Positions 35,743-49,598 of a DNA stretch of 64,000 bases are shown piece by piece. A program made the translations under genes and the position numbers. How positions within the stretch are numbered: position 1 is the first letter of the stretch; each line of letters starts with the position of its first letter. The notes beneath the pieces were generated by a model. The model worked only from the letters and a program-made list of their open reading frames with translations. It was not told the DNA's origin and did no database searches. The stretch comes from Mustelus asterias (Eukaryota): positions 73,098,001 to 73,162,000 of the forward strand of contig NC_135803.1 of the NCBI RefSeq assembly GCF_964213995.1, written 5' to 3'.

Positions 35743-36697
35743 GTAAATGGAAGCCATCCTTCTTCAGTCTCTGTGTAAATCATGTGAATTTGTACAGTGA
35801 ATGACTTGAAGCCAGAATTAGCATGACACTCTCATGTTACTTAAACATTTTAAAATGCTTACCTACAAATGAAATCCTTTGAAGTGAGTTTGTTTATTAT
35901 TCATTTATGGGATGTGGGTATCGCTATCAAGGCTAACATTTATTGCCCATCCTTAGCTGCCCTACATAAAGTGGTGATTTGCCTTCTTGAACTGCTGCAG
36001 TCTCTGGTGTAGATATACCCACAATGCTGTTGGGGAGGGAATTTCAGGATTATGACCCAGGCCAAATAAATATGGGGAGTTGTGGGAAATCCCAGACCCT
36101 TGGTGGCCAGCTGTTGCAGGTTGCTAATCCCGCATCCACCTACATCTCTGCCACTCCTGGGTACTTCGAATGTATTCACATAGATTCATAGTTATGTCAC
36201 AGGACATCTGATCATCTTGTGACTGCTTACTTCTAACTGCCAGGGTAATATCAACATGGCTTTATTTCACGTTGCCCCATTTAATGTTTCTTTGACCCCC
36301 ACCCACAATGTGGGAACCGCTGATGTAAAACCTCGCGACTGGCTGATGAGGTTATATTATCGTGTAGCAATCCACCTCGAGCCATAATCTGGAGGAAGTG
36401 AGTTCAAATCCCCCAATGGTAGTTTGAGAATTTGAATTCTGTCTAAAACAAAATCTAACTGCTGTATGAAGTCTCTTGGCAGGTTACCTAGTTGTTTAAA
36501 AGAAGACAAAATGCCATACTACCTCGGGGAACTCAAATGGATAATAAACAGTCTTGCAAACAACCCCCACATTCCAAGAGCAAATTGTCAAAAAACGGTG
36601 CAAGCGGTAATTTCTTAAAAGGGTTGGGGTCAATAAAGTTGGACATTTGATGATAGTTTACTCTATGGGTTAACAATTATTTTTTGTTTACTTCCAG

Positions 36698-36954
36698 CTG
36701 GCAGTGAAGAGATGAATCGGGATGTGGAACACTTGCCCCGTGATCATCCTAACCCTATATCTTCATTGCCATTCCGAGATGAGAAACAGGAGACTGTGGT
36801 GGTTAGGCCTTACCCACCGGTGCAGACTCATGCGCAGTCATTACCAGCAGCCCAGCACCATATGCAGCAACCTGGTGTGCCTGTCACTCTGGGTGCTCCT
36901 CCCACACACCTAACACAGACCACTCAGCTTTCCTTCCCAGAAGGACTAATGAAG
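36698..36954 (+). CDS. SAP130: SAP130 coding exon 2
   Basis: RDEKQETVVVRPYPPVQ...LSFPEGLMK|gtatgt; phase consistent. Confidence 0.92.
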
Positions 36955-39900
36955 GTATGTGGTCTTTTAACAGTCGTTAACAGAACCCTCTAGATTTGGA
37001 TTTGAGATAGGGGATAACCATGCTCTTGTTTTACTGTCAATGTTCCATTCATCATTCTAGTTTTGAGAATCAGCAGTAGGCCATTTTGGGATGTGTCGGC
37101 TCTCTGGTTGCGTGGCCAGCTCTCTGCAACTGGCTATTGTTTCTCTGTACTTTTTGCTCGGGGCTTAAAAGGGTTAACAATTCTAGGCAATTTGGATAAA
37201 CTTGGCTTGTATTTGAGATGGTGTCACTTCAAAATTAGGACTAAGCCATTAAGAAGTGAAATCAGGAAACAATCTCGAGGGTAGTGGTAATCTGTAACTC
37301 TTGGGGCAAAACTGCAGATGCTGAGGGACAATTGAAATCTTCCAGACAAAGATTAATAGATTTTTTTGGTAGTTGAAGGATGTGGGACTAAAGCAGGTAA
37401 ATGGGATGAGGTACAGATCAGCCCCGAACTAAGTGGTGGAAGTCTTGAAGTGCTGAGTGGCGACTTCTGTTCCTAATGTCCTTACAGACCTGCTATGGCT
37501 CAGCATTGCTTCAAAGTCAACACACTTGGTACTAGGTCATCTTCAAGTTCGAGCACCACTAAATTCTGCACTATAGCTGCATGCAATTGTAAAGCCTCTT
37601 AGAGTTGTGTATCTTGCAAAAGTTGGTGTGCTGGATGTTGTTCTTTACAATCCTATGATTTCAAAAATGGATATGAAGCTGTGCTTATTATCCTGAGTAA
37701 ACTCAAAACACTTCCAAACAGTGTCAGACTGGCTCACTTATTTCAGAATGACTCGTACATCTCCTGGGACGATGCTCATGGTGATTCAAAGAATATAACT
37801 CAGTTTGAAGCATATTTTCCTCAAGGATTGATTCCAAAAAGAAGCATCCTTTTTTAATTGTTGTAAAAGGATGACTTTATTATTTTTATTCTTATTTTTT
37901 AAAGGGACACTTTTAAAAAATTATTACGTGCAGTAAATGACTTTTAATGTATTAGAGTTTTCAAGGACCCTATTTGAATATAATGCAAATTCCAATAGGG
38001 CATGATCCCGGTTGGAATTTGTTAACTGAGTTAAATACTCCTGGACTTCAGTAAGACATAGGAACACGGGAGCAGGAGTAGGCCATTCTGTCCATCAGGT
38101 CTCCTCTGCCATTCAATCCAATCATGGTGGATCATCCACTTCAGTGCCTTTTTCCTACACTATCCCACGTTGGGGGGTAGAGAGGGAACCACTGCTGAGC
38201 TCTGATTCTTCCAAGTCAGTTCCCACTTGATGGCATCAGTATTTAGAGTCATGATTATTTACAGCACAGAAGCGGGCCATTCGACCCTTCAAGTCCACGA
38301 AGGCTGTCTGTGAAGTAATCCAAGTCCGTCCCACTCCCCTGCTAGATCTCCATAGCCCTGTAGGTTCATTTCCTTCAAGTGTCTATCCAAGCTCCCTTTA
38401 AAATCATTGATCATCTCTGCTTTCACCTCCTGAGCAACAAATTCCAGGTCATTACCATTTGTTGTTCTTTGTTAGATTCCTCTACGTCTTTGCCCAAATC
38501 CTTAAATCTGTATCCACTTAGTCCTTGTACTATCAGCTAATGGGAACAGCCTTTCTTTGTCTATCTTATCCAAATCTGTCATAATCTTGCACATCTCTAT
38601 CAAATCTCCCCTCAATCTCCTTTGCTCCAAGGAGAACAATCCCTGCTTCTCCTATCTAATCTTGTAACTAAAATCTTCCACCCATTGAACTATTCTGACA
38701 AATCCCAGCTGCACCCTTCCTGCAGTGTAGTGATCAGAACTTGGGTACAATACTCTATTTGGGCCTAACCAGAGCTTTATAAAGGTTCAACATAACTTCC
38801 CTGTTTTTGTCCTCGATGTCTCTATTTGTGAACGCATTATAAAATGCTTTGCTAACCAAAGATCTGTGCGTGTGCACCTCCAGGTCTGTTCCTGCACACT
38901 GTCTCGATCTGTGTCATGAGACCCATATTGCCTCACCCTGTCCATTCTGCCAAAATGCATCCTCTATTTTTTCATTCATTTGTGGGACGTGTGTGTTTCT
39001 GGCTAAACCAGCATTCATTGCCCATCCCTAATTGCCCTGAAATAAGGTGGTGGTGAGCTGCCTTCAACCACAAGTCCATGTGGTGTAGGCATATCCACAG
39101 TGCCATTAGGGAGGGAATTCCAGGATTTTGACCCGGTGACAGGGAAGGAACGGTGATATATTTCCTCGTCAGAATGGTGAGTGACTTGGAAGGGAGCTTC
39201 CAGGTGGTGATGGAGGAATGAATGGAATCTCTTCCACAAACAATCAAATGGGCTGCTTTTCTGGATGGTGTCAAGCTTTTTGAGTATTGTTGGAGCTGCA
39301 CTCATCTAGGCAATGGGAGCGTATTCCATCACACACTAACTTATGCCTTGCAGATTGTGGACAGGTTCTGGGGAGTCGGGAGATGAGTTACTTGCTGCAG
39401 GATTCCTAGCTGCTGACATCAAGGGTAGTCACTCTCTCCACATCTCTGGCGTTCAGCTCTTTAGTCCATGTTTGAACCAAGGCTATAATGAGATCAGGAA
39501 CTAAGCAGCCCTGGTAGAACCCAAACTGAGGGTCAGTGAGCAGGGTTATTGCTAAGTGTTGATGACCCCTTCTGTAACTTTACTGATGATGGAGAATAGA
39601 TTGATGGGGTGGTAATTGGCCAGTCTGATTTGTCCTGCTTTTTGTGTATAGGACATAGCTGGGCAATTGTCCCCATTGCTGGGTAGATGCCAGTGTGTTA
39701 GTTGTACTGGAACAGCTTAGCTAGGGGCATGGCCAGTTCTAGAGCAGAAATCTCCGTACTATTGCTTCAGTTTTGTACTGATGTGCTGGACTGTTCCATA
39801 TTGAGAGTGGGGATATTTGTGGAGTCTCCTCCTCCAGCGAGTTGCTTAATTGTCCACCACCATTCATGGTTGGATGTGGCTGGACTACAGAGCTTAAATC

Positions 39901-40346
39901 TGATCCGTTGTTGATGGAATTTCTTAGCTCTGTCTATTGCTGTTTTCGCTGTTTGGCACGCAAATATTCCTGTGTTGTAGCTTCACATGGTTGACACGTT
40001 ATTTTTAGATATGCCTGGTGCTGTTCCTGGCGTGCCCTCCACACTTTTCTGTATTAAATAATATCTGCCATTTGCTAGTTCATTCTGTTAGCCTGTCAGT
40101 GCCATTTAACAAGTGATTCATATCATTCTCTGTTGCGATTGAAATGTTTTGAAGAGCCACATAATTACTGTTAACACAGCTGTGATGCTTGCAGCTGTTC
40201 TGAGACACAACACCTGTGGTAAGGTCTGTACTCACAGACACACGTTGTGATAATTCCAAGCAAGCAGAAATCTTGCTGGCTTCTCCCAACACCAGTATTG
40301 CTATTTTTGTTCTGCGCAAAGTCAGATTGTGGTTTTGATTTCCCAG

Positions 40347-40514
40347 ACAACACTGAAGACGCCCTTGCCCAGTCGACCCATTGCTCCAGCTCCGTCATCT
40401 GGCCTAGGACATTTGACTGTTCCCCCGAAGGTTTCAGGACATGTAACTGTTAGCATGGACACTGGTGTACCACAAGCCTCTGCAATTCCTGTGGCTACAA
40501 TCAGCGGGCAGCAG
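40347..40514 (+). CDS. SAP130: SAP130 coding exon 3
   Basis: PSRPIAPAP...PQASAIPVATISGQQ|gtaaga. Confidence 0.92.
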
Positions 40515-40641
40515 GTAAGAGCACAAATTCAAACATCATTTCACAGATATGTCCAGCACACCCTAAACAGGAACAAACCATTCTATCAAGCACCTGTCAT
40601 TTCAGTTACTGTATCTTGATTCTGAATTATATCATTCCCAG

Positions 40642-40774
40642 GGGCATCCAAACATCCCTCATTTGATGGGCACCAACGTGCAAATGTCAATCATCCGAAA
40701 CTCTGTTCCAGCTTCACTCCATATTGGACCATCCACAGCACAGACCCAGATGTTCTCATCCCATGTGCCTAGAG
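40642..40774 (+). CDS. SAP130: SAP130 coding exon 4
   Basis: GHPNIPHLMGTNVQMSIIR...HVPRG; AG/GT boundaries. Confidence 0.9.
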
Positions 40775-41534
40775 GTATTGTGGATCTTGTGTCTGTGCGC
40801 CTGCGTGCTTGTCTGGCTGTCTGTCGGTGGGTGGGTGTTGTTGTCTGTGCTGTGGGGAAGTGTGGACATGGTGGTGAGTGGTGGGGGGAGAGTGTGGTGG
40901 TGAGTGGTGGGGTGGGACTTGGACATCTGCATGTGGGTGGGGGGTGTGCGAGGGTGGGGCGCGCATGGTAGTGCATGCGCGGGGCAAGAGGACTTGTGTT
41001 TGTGAAGATGAATATAATGTGATGTATTGTTCTAGCTTGTAGATTTATTTTTGCTACATTAAATGTTTTTAAGAAAAGGTGAACTGTTCGAGGTGTGCAG
41101 GTTAGGTGGATTGGCCATGCCATGAATTGATCCTTTAATGTCCAAAGATGTGTACGTTAAGTGGATCCACCATGGTAAATCTGTAGGGTTATGGGGAGTT
41201 GGAGTGGGGTGGGCCTGGGTTGTTGCAGACTTGGTGGGCTGCCTTCTGCACTGTCAGGATGCAATGGGAAGCCCGCCTTGTTGAGGGGAGTGTTGCATGT
41301 TATCCTTGAATGGGAGGTTAAACTGAGGCCCCATCAGTCTGCGCAGGTACCCAGGCCAAATTGAAAAAAATTGTAAATGCTAATTCTCGAAGAGAAATGC
41401 ATGAATCTCCTGGTGCCTTGATCCACCTCAACTAAACCATTACAGATTAGCTGGCCATTCATTTTATATGTTTGCATGACTATTTGTCAAATAACTTTGC
41501 AGTCAGTGCACTTCTGACATGTTATCCTTCATAG

Positions 41535-41662
41535 GTGCAGCAGTCGCAGCAGCAATATCAAGTTCTAAAGTAACTACAGTCCTACGTCCTGCTCCAGCAC
41601 CATTACCAACAGCTGGGAATCCTCAGACTGCTGTGCAGCATTCTCTGCACTTACCTATACAG
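41535..41662 (+). CDS. SAP130: SAP130 coding exon 5
   Basis: AAVAAAISSSKVTTVLRP...LPIQ|gtaaac. Confidence 0.9.
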
Positions 41663-42387
41663 GTAAACACTTTACTCTTAAATACTAAGCTCCTTTTAAA
41701 CTATTTTTTTATCACTGGGGCTGCAGTGAGGCTGAGAGCTGGTGGAATGAGTCTCATCTTAAAGTTGAACTTTTAAACACAAGATACTGTTCCTCTGACT
41801 GTTGAATGTTAAGTCTGGGATGAGGCGTAATTCTCTCTTACTCAACGTAAACAAGATCGAAGCCATCTTGATGAGCTGTCAGCAGAACACATGCACCCAG
41901 ACTCCCTTAACGTCCTTGGTTGACCATTCCTGAACTGAGTTTTTCTAAATATGCCTGGTTGATAGTCAAAATTTTTTTTCACCTCTTGTTTCGGTGTCTA
42001 CCTATTGTGTACGTTGACTTGCCGCTCTTCTCTATACCTCCATCAGCTCCAAGGCAGACTGCTGGAGTGCCCTCCTTCATTAGCTTCCCAACTCTACCCG
42101 ACACAACCTTCAACACATCCACACCTATATCTCTCTTGTGCTAAGTTCCACACAACTAATGCTGTTTCTGCCACTTCTCACTGAGGGTAGTGAATCTGTG
42201 GAATTCTTTACTGCAGAGAGCTTTAGTGGCTGGAACATTAAGTACGTTCAAGGCTGAGACAGATTTTTAAACAGTAAGGGAATCAAGGGTTATGGGGATA
42301 AGGTGGAAAAGTGGAGCTGAGGATTAACATATCAGATCTGCTATGATCTCAGAATGGTGGAGCAAACCTGATAGGCCGAATAGGCTA

Positions 42388-42707
42388 GAATCCTACAGTG
42401 CAGAAGGAGGCCATTCGGCCCATCGAGTCTGCACCAACCACAATCCCACCACCCAGGCCCTATCCCCATAACCCCATGCATTTACCCTAGCTAGTCCCCC
42501 TGACACTAAGGGGTAATATAGCTGGGCCAATCCACCTAACCCGCACATCTTTGAACTGTGGGAGAAACCAGAGCACCTGGAGGAAACCCACACAGACACA
42601 GGAGAATGTGCAAACTCCACACAGACAGTGACCCAAGCCGGGAATTGAACCCAGGTCCCTGGCACTGTGGGGCAACAGTGCTAACCACTGTGCCAGCATG
42701 CCACCCC
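42388..42707 (-). mobile_element. HE1-like tRNA SINE
   Basis: tRNA-like A/B-box head, gggtcactgtctgtgtggagtttgcac body, CR1-type tail. Confidence 0.85.
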
Positions 42708-43340
42708 TCACTTCTATGCCTTATGGCCTAAGCCTTGCTGGCGTCCTGTGGCCTGGTTGATTGAGTTGGAAAAATCTTGATTTTTCTTTTTTTAAACCCC
42801 CTCACCCCACTCTGAGTTCAAATCTTGCTCCACCTTATTTCTTCACTCCTTTTCCACCTGTGGGTTCCAATTTTCGAACAGTTTACCAACTGTCCTGAGA
42901 TGACTCTTTGCCCTGGTTTGCTGGAACCCCCTGGAATGTAATTAACAGCAGGGGGAGCACTGAACACACCTGCTGCCTGGTTGTATTGTGTAGATTGGAC
43001 AACAGCTATTAAGGAGTTTGTTGGCGAAGTGGCTCTTGCCTCATAAATTGAAGGAAGACTGCACAATCTGAAAGTGTGGTGGGGGTAAGTTCAATGGTAA
43101 CTTACAAAAGAGAATTAGATAAATATTTGTAAAGGAAAAAAAAATCAGGACTTTGGGGAAAGCAGAGGTGTGGGGCTAAATGGACAGTTCTATCAAAGAG
43201 CCACCACAAACACAATGGGCAGAATGGCCGTTTGTGCTACGAGTCCATGAATGGCTAACTTCCAACTTGAGTTTGACACGTGATGGCATTTCCTTTCCAT
43301 TTAAGTGAGTTAAGTTTGAATGTTGCTTTTTGTTTTGCAG

Positions 43341-43465
43341 TCTCGCCCTCCTTCGACCACCTCTACAGCAATCCCTCCAGCAGTGGTAGCAACGGTATCT
43401 GCAACCCGAGCACAGTCTCCTGTCATTACAACAGCATCAGCTCACGGGACAGATGTAGCACACAG
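43341..43465 (+). CDS. SAP130: SAP130 coding exon 6
   Basis: SRPPSTTSTAIPPAVVATVSATRAQSPVITT; AG/GT, phase 0 to 2. Confidence 0.9.
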
Positions 43466-43729
43466 GTAATTAAAGAAAATAGAGCTATGGAAGGATTTAT
43501 GTAATGATTCTGTACGGCAAAGAGAGAACTTGGATTTTTATAATGCTCTTTACATCTTCTGGGTATCTGTGCTTGAACTGCCTTAGTACTGTGCAATAAT
43601 TGGTATGTTACAGTTCTTATATTCAATATTGGATTTCAGCTAGCTTGAAATGCTGTCTCTTGCTTCCAGAAGACTGCGACTGTTGATACTGGAGTCTGTC
43701 CAAAGTTTTGACAGCTCCACAAGAGAAAT

Positions 43730-43963
43730 TAACACAGATATCAGACGGACATATTTTACACGGAGGGTGGTGGGGGCCTGGAATGCGCTGCCAGGCAAGG
43801 TGGTGGAGGCGGACACACTGGGAACGTTTAAGACTTATCTAGACAGCCATATGAACGGAGTGGGAATGGAGGGATACAAAAGAATGGTCTAGTTTGGACC
43901 AGGGAGCGGCGCGGGCTTGGAGGGCCGAAGGGCCTGTTCCTGTGCTGTATTGTTCTTTGTTCT
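43730..43963 (+). mobile_element. CR1 3' end fragment
   Basis: YFTRRVVGAWNALPGKVVEADTLGTFKTYLD followed by a (tgttctt)n tail. Confidence 0.8.
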
Positions 43964-45044
43964 TAGCCTGGGACCATTGATAGGGTTCTCGTACTCACTC
44001 CATCTCTGGCTGCTGTAACTTGGTTCAAGTTGTCATGAACAGTTCTGCACTTCTAATGTGTAAATGTGGAGATTTTAGAAACTGACCTGGAACCAGGTCT
44101 GTGTATTTATAATGCTGACTCTTGTAATGAGTTTCCGAAAAATGCACTGGCTCAGAAATCTGTTAGAATAAAGCCTCAAATTGTAGCATTCTTTATGATT
44201 TGGTAGGTAAATGTTCCTTCTATCCTTCAAGGGTTGTAAAAGTGAACAACCCTCTCATGCCTTCAGGGATTCTGAATGGATGAGATGTTGAGATATAGAT
44301 TACTGCTACCTTGATCTGAAGGTTTAACTGTTGCATCAGTAACAGGCACATATCTTTAGGCATTGTATTTAATATATCAGGTAACTTTTCCTGCAATACT
44401 TGGTTACTGAGCAGAACAAAATTACAGCTATATAAACCTCTGGTTAGACGCCACTTGAAGTACTGCATTCAGTTCTGGCAGTTGTTCTCAGGAAAAATAT
44501 GTTGGCCTTGAGGGGCTGCAGGACAGATTAACCAAAATGGCATTAGTCTAAAAAGTTAGATTACGAAGACTTGTTTCTGTAGTGTAGACAAGACTTGTAT
44601 TCCCTTGAATATAGAAGATGAAGGCTTGACCTAATTGAGGTGTTTCAATTGATTTGTTGGGGTCAATGAAAACTATTTCCTCTGCTCGGCCAGTCTTGCA
44701 TAAGGGACCATAACCTTAAAATTAGAGTTGTGTCATTCAAGGGCAAAGTCGAGAAGCACTTCTTCGCGTAGTGGAGATCTGGACTCTTCAAAATATTATC
44801 AATTGAAAGTGCCAAATCTAAGATTGATAGATTTTTATTTGGTAATAGTCTTAAGGATTGCAGAGCCAAGGCGGGTAGGTGGAGCTCAGATACAAGTCAA
44901 CTACAATCGAATAAATGGTGCCACGAGTTCCAGAGGCTGAATGACGACGTCCTGTTCCTAATTTCCAAATATAGTTATTTGTCAGTAAATACTCAAATAA
45001 TTTCTTGTCTGATTTGTCATTTTGCTCCCCCTCATCCCTTTTAG

Positions 45045-45192
45045 TAGACCAGCACTGACCATTCAACCTCATCCATCTGCTGCTACGATTAGCATCCAGC
45101 GCACTCAGCAACCCAGGGACACAACAGCTCGAATCACGTTACCTTCCCACCCTGCCGTGGCTACCCAGAAACCACAGCTCCACATAACACAG
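45045..45192 (+). CDS. SAP130: SAP130 coding exon 7
   Basis: RPALTIQPHPSAATISIQR...RITLPSHPA...HITQ|gtaagg. Confidence 0.9.
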
Positions 45193-45545
45193 GTAAGGGT
45201 TCCACCTCCCTCCCTTCTATATTGCTACGTTGCACAAGGTGGTTTCAGGGGTAATCCCTATTTATCCCTTTCACCCACACCTTCACCCTCATCCCTTTCC
45301 TCTTGAAGCCCTTCCACTTTGATCCAAGTTAGATGTATTGTTCCAGAAAAGGAATGTTTTTGTAACTTAGGCAATTACTAGTTCAGTCAATTCATATGTA
45401 GTTTAACCAGAAGTCTGAGGGGCGGGTGACTTTAATGCCTTGTCCTGGACTCATTACGTCATTTAAGTACCTTTAAACCCCATTCTTGGTTTTTGGCCGG
45501 TGAGGTGATTTTAAATATTTCAAATGATAAATATTTTAAAATTAG

Positions 45546-45880
45546 GGCAGCGCGGTAGCACAATGGTTAGTACTGCTGCTTCACAGCTCCAGGGACCTGG
45601 GTTCGAATCCCGGCTCGGGTCACTGTCTGTGTGGAGTTTGCACATTCTCCCCGAGTCTGCGTGGGTTTCCTCTGGGTGCTCTCCGGTTTCCTCCCACAGT
45701 CCAAAGATGTGTGGGCTCGGTTGATTGGCCATTCTAAATTGCTCCTTAGTGTCCTGGGATGCATAGGTTAGCGGGGTTAGTGGGTAAATATGTAGGGATA
45801 TGTGGATAGGGCCTGGGTGGGATTGTGGTTGGTGTAGACTCGATGGGCCGAATGGCTTCTTTCTGCACTGTAGGATTCTG
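45546..45880 (+). mobile_element. HE1-like tRNA SINE
   Basis: gggcagc..ggtagcac..tggttag...ggttcgaatccc head; tail ctgcactgtaggattct. Confidence 0.88.
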
Positions 45881-46585
45881 AGGTCTTGACTTAGCATTAT
45901 AAGACGTAATGCATTTAAGGCATAAATCTTTTGAGAGCTTTATGCATTTAATTTTGAGTTGATGCCTAGTTCATTGTGCATAAACTGATAACTTGAAGTA
46001 ATTCTCCAATGCCTTTCAAAATGGGAAACATTTGTAGGACTGTGGTGAAAGAACGAATTGGATAGATCTTTCAAAGGACTGGCACAGACACAATGCACTG
46101 AATGGGACCCTGCTGTGCCGTAACTGTGAATGTTGACTTTTGTTCTCTCTCATTCAGGGGTTTCCATGTGCTTATTTGAAAGACAGTTTCTGCAGTACCA
46201 GGGGCATAACTTATTTGTGGCTCTTCAGGCATCATTGTGTTCCAAATGGAAGGCTTCTATAGATCAGCAATACTGAGAAACATTGATTTTGCTGCTCAGA
46301 GCAGCCACACCTGTTGTGAGCAGCAACCGCACGACCTTGATGCCACTACTGGCAGCGCTGCAGTTGTTCTTAAACTGGCAACTGTCAGGTGTTTACATAT
46401 TCTAATCCCTGCAAATTAAAGATCTGGTTGAGCTAGCTTCGAATTCTTGTTTTGTGGCTTGTGATATTTGGTGTTCATCTCAAGATCCCTTCCTGTTAGT
46501 TAGCCAGTGGAAATATAGCAAATTGAAACTGGAGCTTGTAATGTTGCCAGCCTTCAATACCAACAAGGCAGTTCTCTTTCAACAG

Positions 46586-46676
46586 AAAACCATGTTCAGT
46601 ACCGGGACACCAGTTGCTGCTGCTACTGTGGCACCCATACTCTCCTCAAATTCAATCCCCTCTACCACAGGTCAGG
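46586..46676 (+). CDS. SAP130: SAP130 coding exon 8
   Basis: KTMFSTGTPVAAATVAPIL...; donor G|gtgagt (alternative in-phase donor after 46670). Confidence 0.88.
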
Positions 46677-47079
46677 GTGAGTACCTGGTTGCTGAAAAAC
46701 GCTCATTGTATGTCTGTGTTCTAGAGATTTCATTTTAGACTGACCGATAGCAGTTAATTGCTCTTTAAAATAAAGTACCCAAGATAAGATGCGAGGGACA
46801 GTGGAACATACTGAACCTCAATGATCACATCGTGTTGTCTCATGTGTTCATGTGCTGAGACAAATTAAGAGAGTTTCTGCCTTTCAGATCAAATTCAAGA
46901 TTCAAACATTCTAATCTTCACAGGCCTAAAGCAAAGCATCTCTAGGCACACTTTAAAAAGTAGCCTTCTTGGGTGAGTGAGTAAACAATAAAAGTATAGC
47001 TACCTTCCATCATACCTTCTATGTAGAATTCATTTGGGATAGAGTTTCCTCAGCCTCAATTCTACTGAAGTCCTCAACC

Positions 47080-48240
47080 AGGTTTGTGCTCTGTTTGCAG
47101 TACTGAAACAGCTCTTATTAAAACCACAAATAATATCCTGTGTGATTGTGACAAAGGTAAATTGTTCCTCCTCATCCTTCTTGACCTGTCAGCCATTGAC
47201 ACATTTGACCACTGCATCCTTCTCCAATGTCTTTCCACTGTTGTCCACCTGGGTGGAACTGCACTCTCCTGGCTCTATTTATACCTAACTGTAGCCAGAG
47301 AATCGTCCACAATAGTTTCTCTTCCCACTCTTAAACCATTACCTCTGGTATCCCCATGCATCTATTCTTTGCTCCTCTCCTACTTCTCCTCTACATTCCT
47401 CTTGGTGATATCATCTGAAAAGTAAGGATCACTTTCCAGTTATATAATGGAAACCAGTTCTATCTTGCCACTACCGCGCTCGATTCCTCCACTATTTCCA
47501 AGTTATCAGACTGCTCATCCTGCATTCAGCACTGGATTAATAGAAATGTATTGTAATGCAATATTGGAAAGACCAAAGCTTTTGTTTTTGGTGTCACTCC
47601 AAATTCCATTCCCTTACCATTGACTCAGTCCTTCTACTTGGCGACTATCTTCACACCTTTTCATTGTATTTTATGCTGAGATGAGCTACCCTATCTCTGC
47701 GCCATCACTAAAATGTCCTATTCCAACCTTGATAAGCTTACCTGACTCTGCCTCAACTCATTTGCTGAAACCCTCTTCCATACCTTTTTCTAATTTCTAG
47801 ATTTGACTATACCAAAGCACTCTTGGCTAGTCTGCACATTCTACCTTTGTAAACTAAGGTTAGACAAAACTATTACCTGTGTCTTGCAACGCTGAGCTTG
47901 CTGACCTACACTGGCTCCCAGTTAAGCAGTACCTTGATTTTAAAATTCCCATCCTTGTTTTCAAATCACACTATAGCATGCCCTTCCCTATCTCTCTCAA
48001 TTCCTCGAACCCACAAATCTAAAGATATCTGCACTCGTCTGATTCTGTGTCTTTTGAGCTGCCTGGGTCTTAAACTCTGAAATTCCCTACCAACGCATCT
48101 CTTGCCTCTAAGACGCACCTTTAAAAACTTCTTAAACCAAGTTTTTGGTAATCTGCCCTGATATCTGTTTTTCTGACAGTGTCAAATTTGCTTTATAACA
48201 CTCCTGTAGAGCCCCTTGCTATGTCAATGCAGGTTGTTAT
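47080..48240 (+). mobile_element. Old L2 LINE RT remnant
   Basis: STETALIK.TNNIL...LILLDLSA.DT.DH.ILLQ.L motif. Confidence 0.75.
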
Positions 48241-49496
48241 TGTGGTGGTGGGCAATTCCTGACACTGCTTCACAATAACAAAGGTAACTTGTGACCCACA
48301 GGAAAGAATCCCAAGTGTCAGTTAACGGTACCAATCAATTCATGAAGTGGCAAACAAGCACTGATTAAAATGTTATTTTGGAAAAGTAGATGCGTAACTT
48401 TTTATCACTGGATAAATTGACTGGCCTCTGGAATGTGACTGGGAATAATTAGAGCCTGGCTAGTGAGGACATAGGTTATTGGAACTTCAAAACGTATGTC
48501 TGGTTACAGAATAATGGTCTGCTTCAAGGCTTTACAGATCACTTACAATGGTATGAGTGTTACACCAAGGATTTGAACAGTTTCTGATTTCAGTGAGTTC
48601 ATTTTGGGTAAAGGAGCAAATGGAGGTGAGCGTGGCCAATTGCCAATGATAAAATCCAGGTGCAGCCACGCAACGGTTGAAACCTTGATCTTGAAGCTGA
48701 ATATTAAACTGTTGTACGGTTGCGATCCTTTCCTGCACTCCTTGTGTATAACAAACCACTTGGTACTTTATGGAGCAGTTTCATTTCTTTGGGTAATGAA
48801 GCTACTGTTTTAATTTGTGGGTCAGAGCTTGATGCTCTTCCTGCTATTGTGACATGAGTCATAAAATGTGAATGGAACACTAGCAAGCCTCAAATAAGAC
48901 ACTAGATAGGAAAGATGATAATCCCAGAGAAGGGATTAATTCTACATGATGGTTGACTTATTCATATCTATTTTAATTTGATTTTTAGCACTTGCATTCC
49001 ATATTTATGCTGCATATCAATGCTTGATAACTTATCATTAACTTATTTTTAAAAGTAGTTGGATAGTTATGAAAGGAGATGGCAAGCACTGATCCTTCTC
49101 TGATCTTGGGAAAGTCTCTGAGAAACAGTTAAATGGCTAGAATAATGTTCAGCTGATTTTTTGTAATGTATTTTACTTTGTTACCATTGCAAAGTGTAAT
49201 ATATTTGAGTTTGCAACAGAAACGGCAAAGTCCATGAAATATAAGGAAATTGCAAGAAGATTAAAACCTAACTCATCAGTATTTTTCAAAATCTGACTAT
49301 TGTAATAGATTTGTTTCCTGTTAGACAGTAAAACTAGTAAGTTGGGGAAAAAGCTCAGTATTTTCTCATGTTTCTGCCTCAAACTGGATTTAGTCTCCAT
49401 TGCTCTGAGAGTTTGTCTTATTTGGGAATCGATGTCTTTGGTTGTTTGCCAACATTCCTGATATTTTCTTGATTCACAATCCCTCTTTCTTCCCAG

Positions 49497-49598
49497 GTGT
49501 TTCCCATGCTCAAGTGACGAGCAGTACAATTGTTAACATGACAATGGCCTCTCACACACCACATGCTCCTGTGGTCACCACTTCAACTATTCCTGTCG
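49497..49598 (+). CDS. SAP130: SAP130 coding exon 9
   Basis: VSHAQVTSSTIVNMTMASH...VTTSTIPV; G|gtgagt. Confidence 0.88.

Noticed and set aside
40790-40985. GT/G-rich ORF extension
   Set aside because: Low-complexity intronic sequence after a good donor at 40775.
45546-45620. tRNA gene
   Set aside because: tRNA-like A/B boxes are the head of a dispersed SINE with at least six copies in the window.
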